DNA of 64,000 bases from contig CAVSOU010000008.1 of assembly GCA_963729625.1 (NCBI GenBank), positions 640,001 through 704,000 on the forward strand, written 5' to 3'. The position numbers and the translations under genes are program-made. Positions 20,550 through 29,694 of the stretch are shown one piece after another (the stretch's first letter is position 1; the number at the start of each line of letters is the position of its first letter). The stretch comes from an uncultured bacterium. GTDB lineage: Bacteria; Chloroflexota; UBA5177; JANWHV01. The notes under the pieces are model-generated. The model was not told where the DNA came from and made no database searches. It saw only the letters and a list, made by a program, of their open reading frames with translations.

Positions 20550-21260
20550 ATGACCACCTTGCTTTACCACGAAGATAGTTACCTGCAGCAGATGGCCGCG
20601 ACCGTTACCCAGGTGCTGGACGGTCGCGCAGAACTGGACCGAACGATCTTTTACGCCCAGAGCGGCGGCCAGCCGGCAGACCAGGGTTCGATCACCTGGG
20701 ACGGCGGTCAGGCGCGCGTTGTCGACGTGCGCCGGGAGGGCGCGACCGTCTGGCACCAGATCGAAGGCGATACCCCCAAGCCAGGTACGCGCGTGCAAGG
20801 AACGCTGAACTGGGACCGGCGCTACGCACTCATGCGGGCGCACACTGCGTTGCACATTCTCTGCGGCGTGATCTGGCGAGATTACGGAGCGCCGGTGACG
20901 GGCGGATCGATGGAGCCCGGAAAGGCACGCATGGATTTCGAGCTGGAACGTATGAGCGCCGACTTCGCGGAAGACATCGAGGCTCGGGCCAATGCCGAGA
21001 TCGCAGCCGACCGCGAGATACGGGTGCGTATCCTTCTGCGGGCTGACGCTTTTGCTATTCCCGACCTGATCCGCACGAAGGTCAACCTCCTGCCCGAAGG
21101 GATTGTCGAGATTCGCGTGGTGGAGATCGCCGGTCTCGACCTGCAGGCAGACGGAGGCACGCACGTGGCGCGGACGAGCGAGGTTGGGCGTATTCGCGTG
21201 ATCGGACATGAGAGCAAAGGACGTATCAATAAGCGCCTGCGGCTGGTGATCGAGCCGTAG
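20550..21260 (+). CDS. alaX: Free-standing alanyl-tRNA editing protein (AlaX-M type)
   Basis: LDRTIFYAQSGGQPADQG, RRYALMRAHTALH, DLQADGGTHV. Confidence 0.88.
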   Translation: MTTLLYHEDSYLQQMAATVTQVLDGRAELDRTIFYAQSGGQPADQGSITWDGGQARVVDVRREGATVWHQIEGDTPKPGTRVQGTLNWDRRYALMRAHTALHILCGVIWRDYGAPVTGGSMEPGKARMDFELERMSADFAEDIEARANAEIAADREIRVRILLRADAFAIPDLIRTKVNLLPEGIVEIRVVEIAGLDLQADGGTHVARTSEVGRIRVIGHESKGRINKRLRLVIEP

Positions 21261-21353
21261 TACCCCATGACCTGCGGCACCAACGTGCTGCTCACAGTCT
21301 CGCGCAGAAAGCAACAGAGATGCCGCGTTTCGCGCGCTTACGCGCACCGAGTG

Positions 21354-21956
21354 TCACCCGTAGCGGAGGATAGGCAGTACGATCGTGTCGACCAGGTGCT
21401 CGACGAAGTCGCCATCCAATGGCGCTCGGCTGAGGAGCAAGCGATTGGCGACAACCGAATGAATCACCTCCGCGACCGCGGCCGTCTTACTTGCCGTCTC
21501 CGGTGACACCTCGCCTCGCTCGATTGCACGCGCGATGATGCAGTCGATATCCCGCTGCAATCCTCCGGCACTCTGTAGCTTGATCAACTGACCAAGATGC
21601 GCGTCGGTACATATCGCCGTGAGCAGGCCCTGCATGAGCGGACTGTCCGCCGAGGTACCCTGGCGTATGAAGCTGACTTCGGCAATGAGATCGTCGCGCA
21701 GGCTAGAAGCTGGAGGCGGCTTCTGGGCTTCGGCTTTATGGCCGAGAAGGGCTGCCGCGATCAAGTCGGCTTTACCAGGCCAGCGCCGATAGAGGGTCGC
21801 CTTACTGGTGTGGGCGCGGCGCGCTATCTCGTCGAGCGACATTCGGTCGTAGCCGACCTCGGCGAGCAGCGCCAGCGCTACCTCGAGCAGCACGCGTTCT
21901 CGCGCCGCACCCAGGCGTCGCCTGGTGGTGCGAGGTCGCGCCAGGTCTTCAGACAT
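21354..21956 (-). CDS. TetR/AcrR family regulator
   Basis: GGAAGGAG before ATG 21956; LLAEVGYDRMSLDEIARRAHTSKATLYRRW. Confidence 0.9.
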   Translation of the reverse strand: MSEDLARPRTTRRRLGAARERVLLEVALALLAEVGYDRMSLDEIARRAHTSKATLYRRWPGKADLIAAALLGHKAEAQKPPPASSLRDDLIAEVSFIRQGTSADSPLMQGLLTAICTDAHLGQLIKLQSAGGLQRDIDCIIARAIERGEVSPETASKTAAVAEVIHSVVANRLLLSRAPLDGDFVEHLVDTIVLPILRYG

Positions 21957-22187
21957 GCAACTCCTTCCGCGCCCCGCTGCGCAGTGAAGGCATGGTGCGC
22001 GATCCCGCACCGGGCCGAAACAGGCGCGCCACTCGGCTGCAGGTCACTTCTGCATTGAGCACGCGCCGCGGTAATGCGCTTCGCGCGCGCCGCTCAGGCG
22101 CCACCGTCTCAGTGAAATGTGCTACACCGGCACGGCTTCGGTGCTTGAGGTCATTGTACCTTAGCCGCAGACAGCGTACAGTGCTAA

Positions 22188-22210
22188 GTGTACGGTACGG
22201 TATCGTACAC
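22188..22210. promoter_or_regulatory. Palindromic operator between divergent tetR and MFS genes
   Basis: GTGTACGGTAC-G-GTATCGTACAC, 11-bp arms with one mismatch. Confidence 0.6.
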
Positions 22211-22391
22211 ATAAAGTGGGGGAGGTGTGCATGCCAAATCGGTTGGGGCCTTACCTGATGATACCGTGGCGGGATTATCCTGACGAATCTCCCCTCGGCA
22301 ACCGCACGAAACCGTTCCATGTCCGGCTCACGGGTGATGAGCACCTCTGCACTACAGTCGAGCACACATAGTTCTAGCCAGGAGGAACAGG

Positions 22392-23897
22392 ATGGCTCAA
22401 GCAGATATGTCAGCGGCAACGATGCAAGTGCCAGGTAGCGACCGCCAGGTGCACAAGACGGCGGCTCTCGTGCTGGTATGCCTGGCGCAGTTGATGGTGA
22501 TTATCGACATCTCCATCGTCAATGTTGCGCTCCCCTCGATCAAGAATGCGCTGCACTTCTCAGAGCAGGATTTGCAGTGGGTGGTCAACGCCTATACGCT
22601 GCTGTTCGCCGGATTCCTGCTTCTCGGCGGGCGCGCGGCGGATATGCTGGGGCGCCGTTCCGTGCTGATTGGCGGGCTGGCGCTGTTCACGCTCGCGTCA
22701 CTTGCCTGCGGCCTCGCTCAGTCGTCGACCGAACTGGTGATCATTCGAGCGCTCCAGGGGCTCGGCGGTGCGATCATTTCTCCCGCGGCGCTATCGCTGC
22801 TCACGGTGACTTTCTCCGAGGGCCGTGAGCGCAACCGCGCGCTTGGCGTCTGGGGCGCAGTCTCAGGCGGAGGCATCGCCGTCGGCGTGCTTCTTGGCGG
22901 CCTGCTCGCTCAGGGACCCGGGTGGAGGTGGGTGTTCTTTGTGAACGTGCCGATCGGCGTCGTTACGGCCGTGCTCACCGCGCGCATGCTCGCCGAGAGC
23001 CGTGCCGATGACCGATCGCGGACGTATGACCTCACGGGCACTGTGTCGGTGACGGCTGGGCTGATTCTGCTGGTCTACGCTTTGGTGAATACCAACACGT
23101 ACGGGTGGGCGTCGGCCAGAACAATTGGCGAATTGGTCGGCGCCACTGCACTGCTCGGACTCTTCGTGGCTACCGAGGCGCGCTTCGCCGCTCACCCGTT
23201 GGTCCCCCTGCGGATCTTCCGCTCGTGGACGCTCTCGGGCGCCAACGTCGTGGCCCTGCTTGTGGGCCTGAGTCTCTTTGCGGTGTTCTTCTTCCTGACG
23301 CTCTACATGCAGCAGGTGCTGCGCTTCACGCCGCTCCAGGCGGGCGTCGCCTACCTGCCCTTCACCGTGGGCATCATAGTGGCATCGGGTGCGGGGGCGG
23401 CCCTGGTCACACGTACCGGAGTGAAGTGGCTGCTGGTTGGTGGTCTCCTGATTATGGCGGCCGGACTTCTGCTGATGGCCCGCTTGCCGGACAACGGAAC
23501 ATATTTCGCTAACATCCTCCCGGCCTTCGTCGTCACCGCGCTGGGAGCCGGCATGGTGTTCCTGCCCATGACGAACGCCGCCATATCGGGCGCCGGGCCG
23601 CAGGATGCCGGCCTTGCATCGGGTCTGCTGAACACCTCGCAACAAGTCGGCGGAGCAGTGGGCCTGGCGCTGCTTTCGACCATCGCTACGTCCTTCACCA
23701 CCAGCGTCCTGGCCGGCGACGCGCATGCCGGGTTCGCGCATGCGCTCGTGGCCGGCTTCGACCGATCGTTCGTCGTGGCGGCAGGGCTCGCGGTTGCCGC
23801 CGCTATCGTGGCTCTCCTGACCATCTCTCGTCACGTTGGACGGCAGGAGCAGGTGGTACGAGTAGATACACGGGCAGCGATGGAGGGTGTAGCGTAG
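22392..23897 (+). CDS. DHA2 (EmrB/QacA) MFS efflux transporter
   Basis: IDISIVNVALP, LLLGGRAADMLGRR, WRWVFFVNVPIG, ASGLLNTSQQVGGAVG; AGGAGG RBS. Confidence 0.92.
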   Translation: MAQADMSAATMQVPGSDRQVHKTAALVLVCLAQLMVIIDISIVNVALPSIKNALHFSEQDLQWVVNAYTLLFAGFLLLGGRAADMLGRRSVLIGGLALFTLASLACGLAQSSTELVIIRALQGLGGAIISPAALSLLTVTFSEGRERNRALGVWGAVSGGGIAVGVLLGGLLAQGPGWRWVFFVNVPIGVVTAVLTARMLAESRADDRSRTYDLTGTVSVTAGLILLVYALVNTNTYGWASARTIGELVGATALLGLFVATEARFAAHPLVPLRIFRSWTLSGANVVALLVGLSLFAVFFFLTLYMQQVLRFTPLQAGVAYLPFTVGIIVASGAGAALVTRTGVKWLLVGGLLIMAAGLLLMARLPDNGTYFANILPAFVVTALGAGMVFLPMTNAAISGAGPQDAGLASGLLNTSQQVGGAVGLALLSTIATSFTTSVLAGDAHAGFAHALVAGFDRSFVVAAGLAVAAAIVALLTISRHVGRQEQVVRVDTRAAMEGVA

Positions 23898-23985
23898 ATC
23901 GGGCACTGGGTAGAACCAGCCTGCCCCATCCGCAGGATGCTTTCGGCCGACCATGTGATGCGCGCGTTGCACGGACAGAACGTGC

Positions 23986-24027
23986 CCAAAGAGAGACCCC
24001 GGAGCAAATGCCGGGGTCTCTCTTTGG
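23986..24027. terminator. 17-bp perfect hairpin, potentially a bidirectional terminator
   Basis: CCAAAGAGAGACCCCGG-agcaaatg-CCGGGGTCTCTCTTTGG; ends in CTCTCTTT on both strands. Confidence 0.7.
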
Positions 24028-24032
24028 CTGGA

Positions 24033-24077
24033 TTACCACCAGGCATGCAGAAGCGCTCCTCTGAGCCGCTCTTGCAT
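24033..24077 (-). CDS. Candidate 14-aa Trp-Trp leader peptide MQERLRGALLHAWW
   Basis: ATG...GCC TGG TGG TAA on the minus strand, stop 5 nt before the 17-bp hairpin; weak RBS AAGGCGGA. Confidence 0.4.
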   Translation of the reverse strand: MQERLRGALLHAWW

Positions 24078-24297
24078 GGTTCCGCCTTGATGGGCTGCGA
24101 CTGATCGATGGGTCCGGCCAGCGAGCACGACGTTGCCTTGCACTGCGCCACTGCTGTGGACGCTGGACAACCGGCGGTACAATGCACCGTGTCGCGACTA
24201 GGCCACTCGCCCGGAACCTTGAGCGACCGCGGTCGCGTATTCAGGCGAACGGCGGGGCGCCGACACAGCCGAGGCGTGTGACAGAGTACTGGAGTCT

Positions 24298-25236
24298 ATG
24301 GCTGACGGAGATACGACCGAGGGTCTGGTAATACGCGCGCAGAGTGGTTTCTATTACGTGCGCGTGGGCGAGGAGACCATTACCTGTACGCTGCCCGGGC
24401 GCTTCAAGCAGGGGCGCCGGACCGTGAAGAACCCCGTCGTCGTCGGCGACCGAGCGGTGTTCCGGCGGCTCTCGGACCTCGAGGGCGTGATCGAGCGCAT
24501 CAGTCCGCGTCGAAACGAGCTTGCTCGTACCGCTGCCGGCGATACCGGAATCAAGCAGGTGCTCGCCGCCAACCTCGACCTGGTAATCCTCGCCGTGGCC
24601 TTGCGCGAGCCCGCGCTCAACAGAGCTCGGCTAGACCGATTCCTGCTGGCCACGGAACAGTCAGGGATCACGCCCGTCATCCTGGTAACCAAGCTCGACC
24701 TCGGCACGCGAGAGGAAGCCGACAGCGCGATACAGCCGTACCGCGACATCGGATATCACGTCGTGGTGAGCAGCACGAAGTCGGGCGAGGGGCTCGATCG
24801 GCTTCGCGCGCTGCTGACCGGGCGCGTCAGCACCATTATCGGCGCATCCGGTGTCGGTAAGTCGACGATACTGAACGCTCTTCAACCCGGACTCAAGCTC
24901 AAGGAAGGCGCGGTGAGCACTTCCACAGGGAAAGGAAGGCATACTACGACCGTGGCCGACCTTATCTCGCTGGATTTCGGAGGATACCTGGCGGACACTC
25001 CCGGTCTGCGAGAGCTCGCGCCGTGGGACCTGAGCATCGAGGAGCTTCCGGGCCTGTTTCCGGAGATGAGGCCGTATCTGGACGCCTGCCGCTTCTCTCG
25101 CTGCACGCACGTGCATGAGCCCGGATGCGCGGTGCGCCGCGCGCTCGAGCAGTGTCTTATCGATCCGGAGCGCTATCGTACCTATGTGAAAATTCGTACC
25201 GAAGAATTGAAGGAGCCTGCTCGGGCGTCGCGCTAA
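24298..25236 (+). CDS. rsgA: Ribosome small subunit-dependent GTPase A
   Basis: OB-fold PVVVGD, TKLDL, GASGVGKST, GRHTTT, DTPG, CRFSRCTHVHEPGC zinc motif. Confidence 0.95.
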   Translation: MADGDTTEGLVIRAQSGFYYVRVGEETITCTLPGRFKQGRRTVKNPVVVGDRAVFRRLSDLEGVIERISPRRNELARTAAGDTGIKQVLAANLDLVILAVALREPALNRARLDRFLLATEQSGITPVILVTKLDLGTREEADSAIQPYRDIGYHVVVSSTKSGEGLDRLRALLTGRVSTIIGASGVGKSTILNALQPGLKLKEGAVSTSTGKGRHTTTVADLISLDFGGYLADTPGLRELAPWDLSIEELPGLFPEMRPYLDACRFSRCTHVHEPGCAVRRALEQCLIDPERYRTYVKIRTEELKEPARASR

Positions 25237-25347
25237 CCGCATGGGACATACTGCTTGACCCCACGCCTTTGCCGGCGCCCCGGTCTCTTGGGGCTCGCAC
25301 GATACCACCACCCCAAGAGACCGGACTGGCTCACAACCGGCAGCCGG

Positions 25348-25668
25348 CTACATGGCCGGGAAGACCTCGTAGACCGAGATCTGGGCGCCGCCCTGCAAGA
25401 CCGGACAACCTTTGGCCATCTTGACTGCCTCGTCAAGCGAGTCGGCCTTGAGGATCGTATAGCCGGTAGCCGGCGTGCCGATTGGGCCGTCGGCAACTCG
25501 CCCGTCGCCGCCGATGCTCTTTGCCGCAGGCGAGAACGGATTGCCCGGGTCCACCAAGGCGGCGCCAAGTCCGCCGAACCACTTTCCCCATGCCTGCATG
25601 ACCGCGGCTTGCGCTGCTTCGGTCTCCGGCATGCCACCGCCAGTGTAAATCAGGACAAAATTCGCCAT
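25348..25668 (-). CDS. YCII-related domain protein
   Basis: MQAWGKWF...LVDPGNPF...DGP...GYTILKADSLDEAVKMAKGCP. Confidence 0.8.
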   Translation of the reverse strand: MANFVLIYTGGGMPETEAAQAAVMQAWGKWFGGLGAALVDPGNPFSPAAKSIGGDGRVADGPIGTPATGYTILKADSLDEAVKMAKGCPVLQGGAQISVYEVFPAM

Positions 25669-25735
25669 TGCCGTTTCTCCTCTAGACTAAGCGTGACTTC
25701 CACTGAATGTCGAAGTGTGGACTGGGCGGCGTCCA

Positions 25736-26182
25736 TCATGCCGTTGTTGGCTGATGTTCTGCTACCCTGGGATCGTCTCCTGGACTGCGACCCTCGCCAA
25801 CCACGGCAAGGCGCTGTAGATAGTGTTCCCAACCCTCGCCATGCGATGCTTGCGCTTTGGCCGGCAATCCCAGGTGCCGAAGGCGCAGGATGGTGCCGTC
25901 GCCATCTGCCGTCAGCGTGATTTCCACCGTCGACGAGCCCGGAGGCACAAGCTGCCCGTCGCCTTCCCAACCGAAGGTGAAGACGACGCGGCGCGGTGGC
26001 TCCACGGCGAGATATTCACCGCGTGCGATATGCCGCCCAGTGATGTTGCAGAGGTAGATCCCGCCTGGGCGCGGGTCGAGCGTTGCGCTGACTCCCTTCC
26101 ATAACACCATCTTCTTGGAATCGATCAAGAACGGGAAGATCGTTTCAGGCCGTGCGGCAATGTGCAGCTCACGCTCGATCAT
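25736..26182 (-). CDS. SRPBCC/AHSA1-like domain protein
   Basis: IAARPETIF, LDPRPGG, VEPPRRVVFTFGW, STVEITL, HGEGWEHYLQRL. Confidence 0.85.
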   Translation of the reverse strand: MIERELHIAARPETIFPFLIDSKKMVLWKGVSATLDPRPGGIYLCNITGRHIARGEYLAVEPPRRVVFTFGWEGDGQLVPPGSSTVEITLTADGDGTILRLRHLGLPAKAQASHGEGWEHYLQRLAVVGEGRSPGDDPRVAEHQPTTA

Positions 26183-26189
26183 GCCGCCC

Positions 26190-26516
26190 TCAGCTTGTAG
26201 GGGCACCAGATGACCTCCTTTCCTCGGCTTCCGCCGCCTGCTTGAGCAGCAACAGGCGGTCATCCCAAAACTCATCGAGGTAGCGCCGGAGCTCAGCTAA
26301 GCCCTCCGGCCTTGCGGAATAGAGACGTCGTGTTCCGACTGCGCGGACGGACACCAGGCCCGCCTCCGCGAGGACTTGAAGATGTTGCGATATTGCCGGC
26401 CGCGACACAGCGAAGTGGGCGGCGATCTCCCCTGACGACTGCTCATCGTTATGGATCAACCGCATGATCTCGCGGCGCCGAGGTTCGGCGATTGCCTGCA
26501 GTACCGTGTCGATCAT
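26190..26516 (-). CDS. ArsR/SmtB family regulator
   Basis: AIAEPRRREI, VSRPAISQHLQVLAEAGLV, GTRRLY, FWDDRL. Confidence 0.9.
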   Translation of the reverse strand: MIDTVLQAIAEPRRREIMRLIHNDEQSSGEIAAHFAVSRPAISQHLQVLAEAGLVSVRAVGTRRLYSARPEGLAELRRYLDEFWDDRLLLLKQAAEAEERRSSGAPTS

Positions 26517-26539
26517 GGATTCATCATAGTGGATACCTC

Positions 26540-26557
26540 TGTAAGTGTCGACTTACA
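26540..26557. promoter_or_regulatory. Probable ArsR autoregulatory operator
   Basis: TGTAAGT-gtcg-ACTTACA perfect 7-bp arms just upstream of the arsR start. Confidence 0.6.
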
Positions 26558-26777
26558 TATCAACGAACTGATTCGATACACGGTTGGCAGCCCACCATGC
26601 CAGGCACGCTCCCACGATCCCGCCTGCGGCGGTGGCCGGGGTGGCTTCGGGCGCGCGGTGTCGCCATCTTGACAGTTCAAAGCCCTTGACTGCGGACGAC
26701 CAACACTGGCAGCGAACTCATTCTCCGCGTATTCTGTAATCCATGTTGATTCTGGCCCAATCCGGGACAGCGGAGCC

Positions 26778-27587
26778 ATGATCCGCTCGCCGGACAAACC
26801 CGGTGTCGGCGCCGCACGGCGCCGGCGGGTGCGCACTCCGCGATGGGCTGGTCGGGCCGCACAATGCTTTGACCAGCGCATCGGTGGCGCCTGCGTACGT
26901 TGGGTGCAGGCGGGCACTGGTCCGCCTTTGCTGCTCCTGCACGGTTACGCGGGCAGTGCGCACTGGTGGGTGCGGAATATTGCCGCGCTGGCACGCACGC
27001 ACACGGTGTTCGCGCTGGACCTGCCGGGCTTCGGCGCCAGCCGCATGCCTGGGCGCTACACTTTTGCACGCACTGTCGAACTGTTGGCCGCTTGGATGGA
27101 GGCAAACTCCATTGGCTGCGCGGACGTCGTCGGACACTCCATGGGTGGACAAATTGCCATGCTGCTCGCCGCGGCACATACCGGGCGCGTGCGCCGGCTG
27201 GTGCTGATCGCACCGGCCGGAATACCGTTCACGACCGACCTGCTCAGGACCGCCGGCCGGGCCTTCGGTTCCCGCATGGCCAGCGATCCGCGCTTCACGC
27301 CTATCGTCATGGGCGGCGCCATCAGCACGAGTCCGCGCATCCTTTGGCAGGCCGTGAGGCAGATCCGGGACATCGACGTGCGATCCCTCGTGCGTAGTCT
27401 TACAGTCCCGACGCTGATCCTGTGGGGAACCAGAGATCGCCTGCTGCCGGTCGAGAACGCCGCCACGCTGTCGGCGGCAATCGCTCGTGCTCAAGTCACC
27501 ATTGTGCCCGATGCGAGCCACATTCTCTTCTTCGAGCAAGCCGGACGTGTCAATGAGGCGATCCTGTCATTTCTCGCCCAACCTTGA
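26778..27587 (+). CDS. Alpha/beta-fold hydrolase
   Basis: LLLHGY, DLPGFGAS, GHSMGG nucleophile, WGTRD, ASH. Confidence 0.88.
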   Translation: MIRSPDKPGVGAARRRRVRTPRWAGRAAQCFDQRIGGACVRWVQAGTGPPLLLLHGYAGSAHWWVRNIAALARTHTVFALDLPGFGASRMPGRYTFARTVELLAAWMEANSIGCADVVGHSMGGQIAMLLAAAHTGRVRRLVLIAPAGIPFTTDLLRTAGRAFGSRMASDPRFTPIVMGGAISTSPRILWQAVRQIRDIDVRSLVRSLTVPTLILWGTRDRLLPVENAATLSAAIARAQVTIVPDASHILFFEQAGRVNEAILSFLAQP

Positions 27588-27601
27588 CCAGCGTTGACCG
27601 G

Positions 27602-28060
27602 TCAATCATGTTGCGATGATGCGGCATCCGCAACACCGAGATGCTGCTTGATGCGCAATATCTGCTCGTCCTGCGCCAACAGATGGCGCTGAATCTCAAG
27701 GGCTTCGTGAAGCACGGCTTCGGCGTCGTTGTACGTCTGTATCGCTCTCTTATCGGACACTTTCCCGAGAATATTCTGACCGACCATGATCACACTGAGC
27801 ATCACCAATTGGATAAACGTCTGGCTCACCCACTGAACGGAGGTGAGCAGGCCGCCGTTCACGGCTTGCGGCACGACGACAAGAGCGAGGATAGCGAAGA
27901 CATATGCGCACCACATCGTGCCGACTGCCGTGGTCAACACCAAGGCAATCTTCCCGTTCAGGCCTACATGCTCGTCGGCAGTCTGCGGTGGCTTCAGCTT
28001 CTTCCGACGCTCGATGTGCGGATGGGGGTGATGATCGAATATCTGCTCGACTGATTTCAT
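27602..28060 (-). CDS. DUF1003-like membrane protein
   Basis: AVGTMWCAYVF...FIQLVMLSVIMVGQN; start may be the GTG at 28078. Confidence 0.7.
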   Translation of the reverse strand: MKSVEQIFDHHPHPHIERRKKLKPPQTADEHVGLNGKIALVLTTAVGTMWCAYVFAILALVVVPQAVNGGLLTSVQWVSQTFIQLVMLSVIMVGQNILGKVSDKRAIQTYNDAEAVLHEALEIQRHLLAQDEQILRIKQHLGVADAASSQHD

Positions 28061-28675
28061 TTTCTCGTCTTCCCTCACGCTCTGGCGCCGGACAACGCGC
28101 CGTCTTCCTGCCGTTGTCGCGCATTATGGGTGGCATGCTTCCGCCAGTCGCAGTGTACCCGAGGGCTTCGCTCTGAATGCGGATGCATACTGTGGGTATG
28201 TATCGTGCTCAGATGGTCCCATTATCCCGCCGCAGCTAGAGGGGCAACTTCAGCCTAGCGGCTGCATTCCCGGCAGATACCCCAGATAGCGACGTCGCCG
28301 ATCTCAATCTGAAAGCCGCGCTCTTGCCTGGCTGTCGTGTGAGACTCCTTACCTGCGCAGCCGCGGAGCGAGTGTGCCTCATGCCGTTGACTCTCCACAA
28401 CGTGGCGGGCGCGATCAAGGTCGCACCACCGCTTGAGACACGCCCAGTGATCGTGGAAAGTCAAACGCAGGCAAGCGCTCCTGGATCAGAGAGGCCTCGG
28501 CGAGCAGTCACCACCGCGGACATCAGGCACATTGAAGTGGCGATGCGAATGCGGGCGAAAGCCGGGTCCGGGCCCTAACGGAGGCCGGCGCAGCCGTGCA
28601 AGCGCCGGTCGTTTCAGACCATCTGACCGCTCCTCGGCCACGGTGGTGACAGTAGCAGAAAGGGTAGCAACGTTC

Positions 28676-29137
28676 ATGGGAGAAGCGCGCATCACGCGTG
28701 GCACATTTATGCGGACTTGGGGAGCCGTGGCTAGCGCGGCCGTCGCTCTGTCCATCGCGACTACGCCGAGGCGGGTGTTTGCTCTCGCCAGCGGCTCAGG
28801 GAGTCTGGCGAAGGTCACGAGCCTCCAGAAATTGAAAGTCGGCGTAAATGGTCCATTCACGTTTACAGTTGCTGGTCCCCAGCCGAACACGAACGCCATC
28901 TTCTTGGTGCGCAGCGCCAAGGGGACGGTGACAGCGCTCGAGGCCACGTGCCGCCATCTCGGGTGTCCGGTTGCGTGGAAGGCGACGGACAACCGATTCG
29001 AATGCCCGTGCCACGGCAGCGAGTACTCCAACACCGGCAAGGTCGTGGCAGGTCCTGCGATGCGCAATCTGTATAACCATCAGGTCGCGATTCGTGGGGG
29101 GCAGGTGTGGGTGTTCAGCAGTCGATCCAGCGGCTAG
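28676..29137 (+). CDS. Rieske [2Fe-2S] protein with Tat-like signal
   Basis: CRHLGC and CPCHGS boxes; GPA; N-terminal ITRGTFM followed by a hydrophobic stretch. Confidence 0.9.
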   Translation: MGEARITRGTFMRTWGAVASAAVALSIATTPRRVFALASGSGSLAKVTSLQKLKVGVNGPFTFTVAGPQPNTNAIFLVRSAKGTVTALEATCRHLGCPVAWKATDNRFECPCHGSEYSNTGKVVAGPAMRNLYNHQVAIRGGQVWVFSSRSSG

Positions 29138-29555
29138 CCGCGAACGAGGCTGGCGGACCCGCTCGGTGGTTGCGCGGAGGTGTCCGGCGCCTGCGCGCAG
29201 CGGCTTGCCACTCGCGGGATTGCAGGTCGTGTCGTGTTGCCTGGCAGACTGGGCAACCCTGAACACAACCCTTCCCCCAGAGAAACGCAAACCTACTGGA
29301 CCGGCGGTATCGCCACGCAAGCGAATGAACCAGGCAACCGTGGAGAGCGTCGTTCCGGCGTCGAGGCGGTCGGCCGATGACTCTGCTGGTGTCCCTGCTC
29401 CGGCACCCGCGCCGTCCGAAGAGAGTCGCGACCGCGACGATTGGCCGCCGCAAAGTCCGGGCGCCCGAGCCACACGTGGACGACAGCACCATAAGCAACC
29501 ATACGACGAGCGGCGGGCGTTCGTCAACCCCCATTCACCACAAGGTTAATACGCA

Positions 29556-29588
29556 TTGACAATATCCGACGTGTGGGATACGATATTG
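29556..29588 (+). promoter_or_regulatory. sigma70 promoter of the ZIP gene with overlapping inverted repeat
   Basis: TTGACA (29556-29561), 17 nt, TACGAT (29579-29584); CAATATC-N15-GATATTG (29560-29588). Confidence 0.7.
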
Positions 29589-29694
29589 CCCGGTTGTGCT
29601 CGGCGCGATGCGTTGCCATGGTGCGAACGTCCTCTGCATGCCTTCGCGCCGTCACACCCAGCCACCATCAGCGCAGCCTGCTAGGAGACAGAAG

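Noticed and set aside
22863-23972. 369-aa minus-strand ORF downstream of the WW leader
   Set aside because: Almost entirely the antisense shadow of the MFS gene; not accepted as the attenuator's target gene.
28525-28610. Possible c-di-GMP-I riboswitch upstream of the Rieske gene (GGGCGAAAGCC...CCTAA)
   Set aside because: The P2 stem with GNRA loop and the P1 pairing could not be built; only word-level similarity.
29236-29338. GTTGCCTGG / CCAGGCAAC inverted repeat as a MITE or RNA switch
   Set aside because: Only 9 bp, no target-site duplication and no second copy seen.
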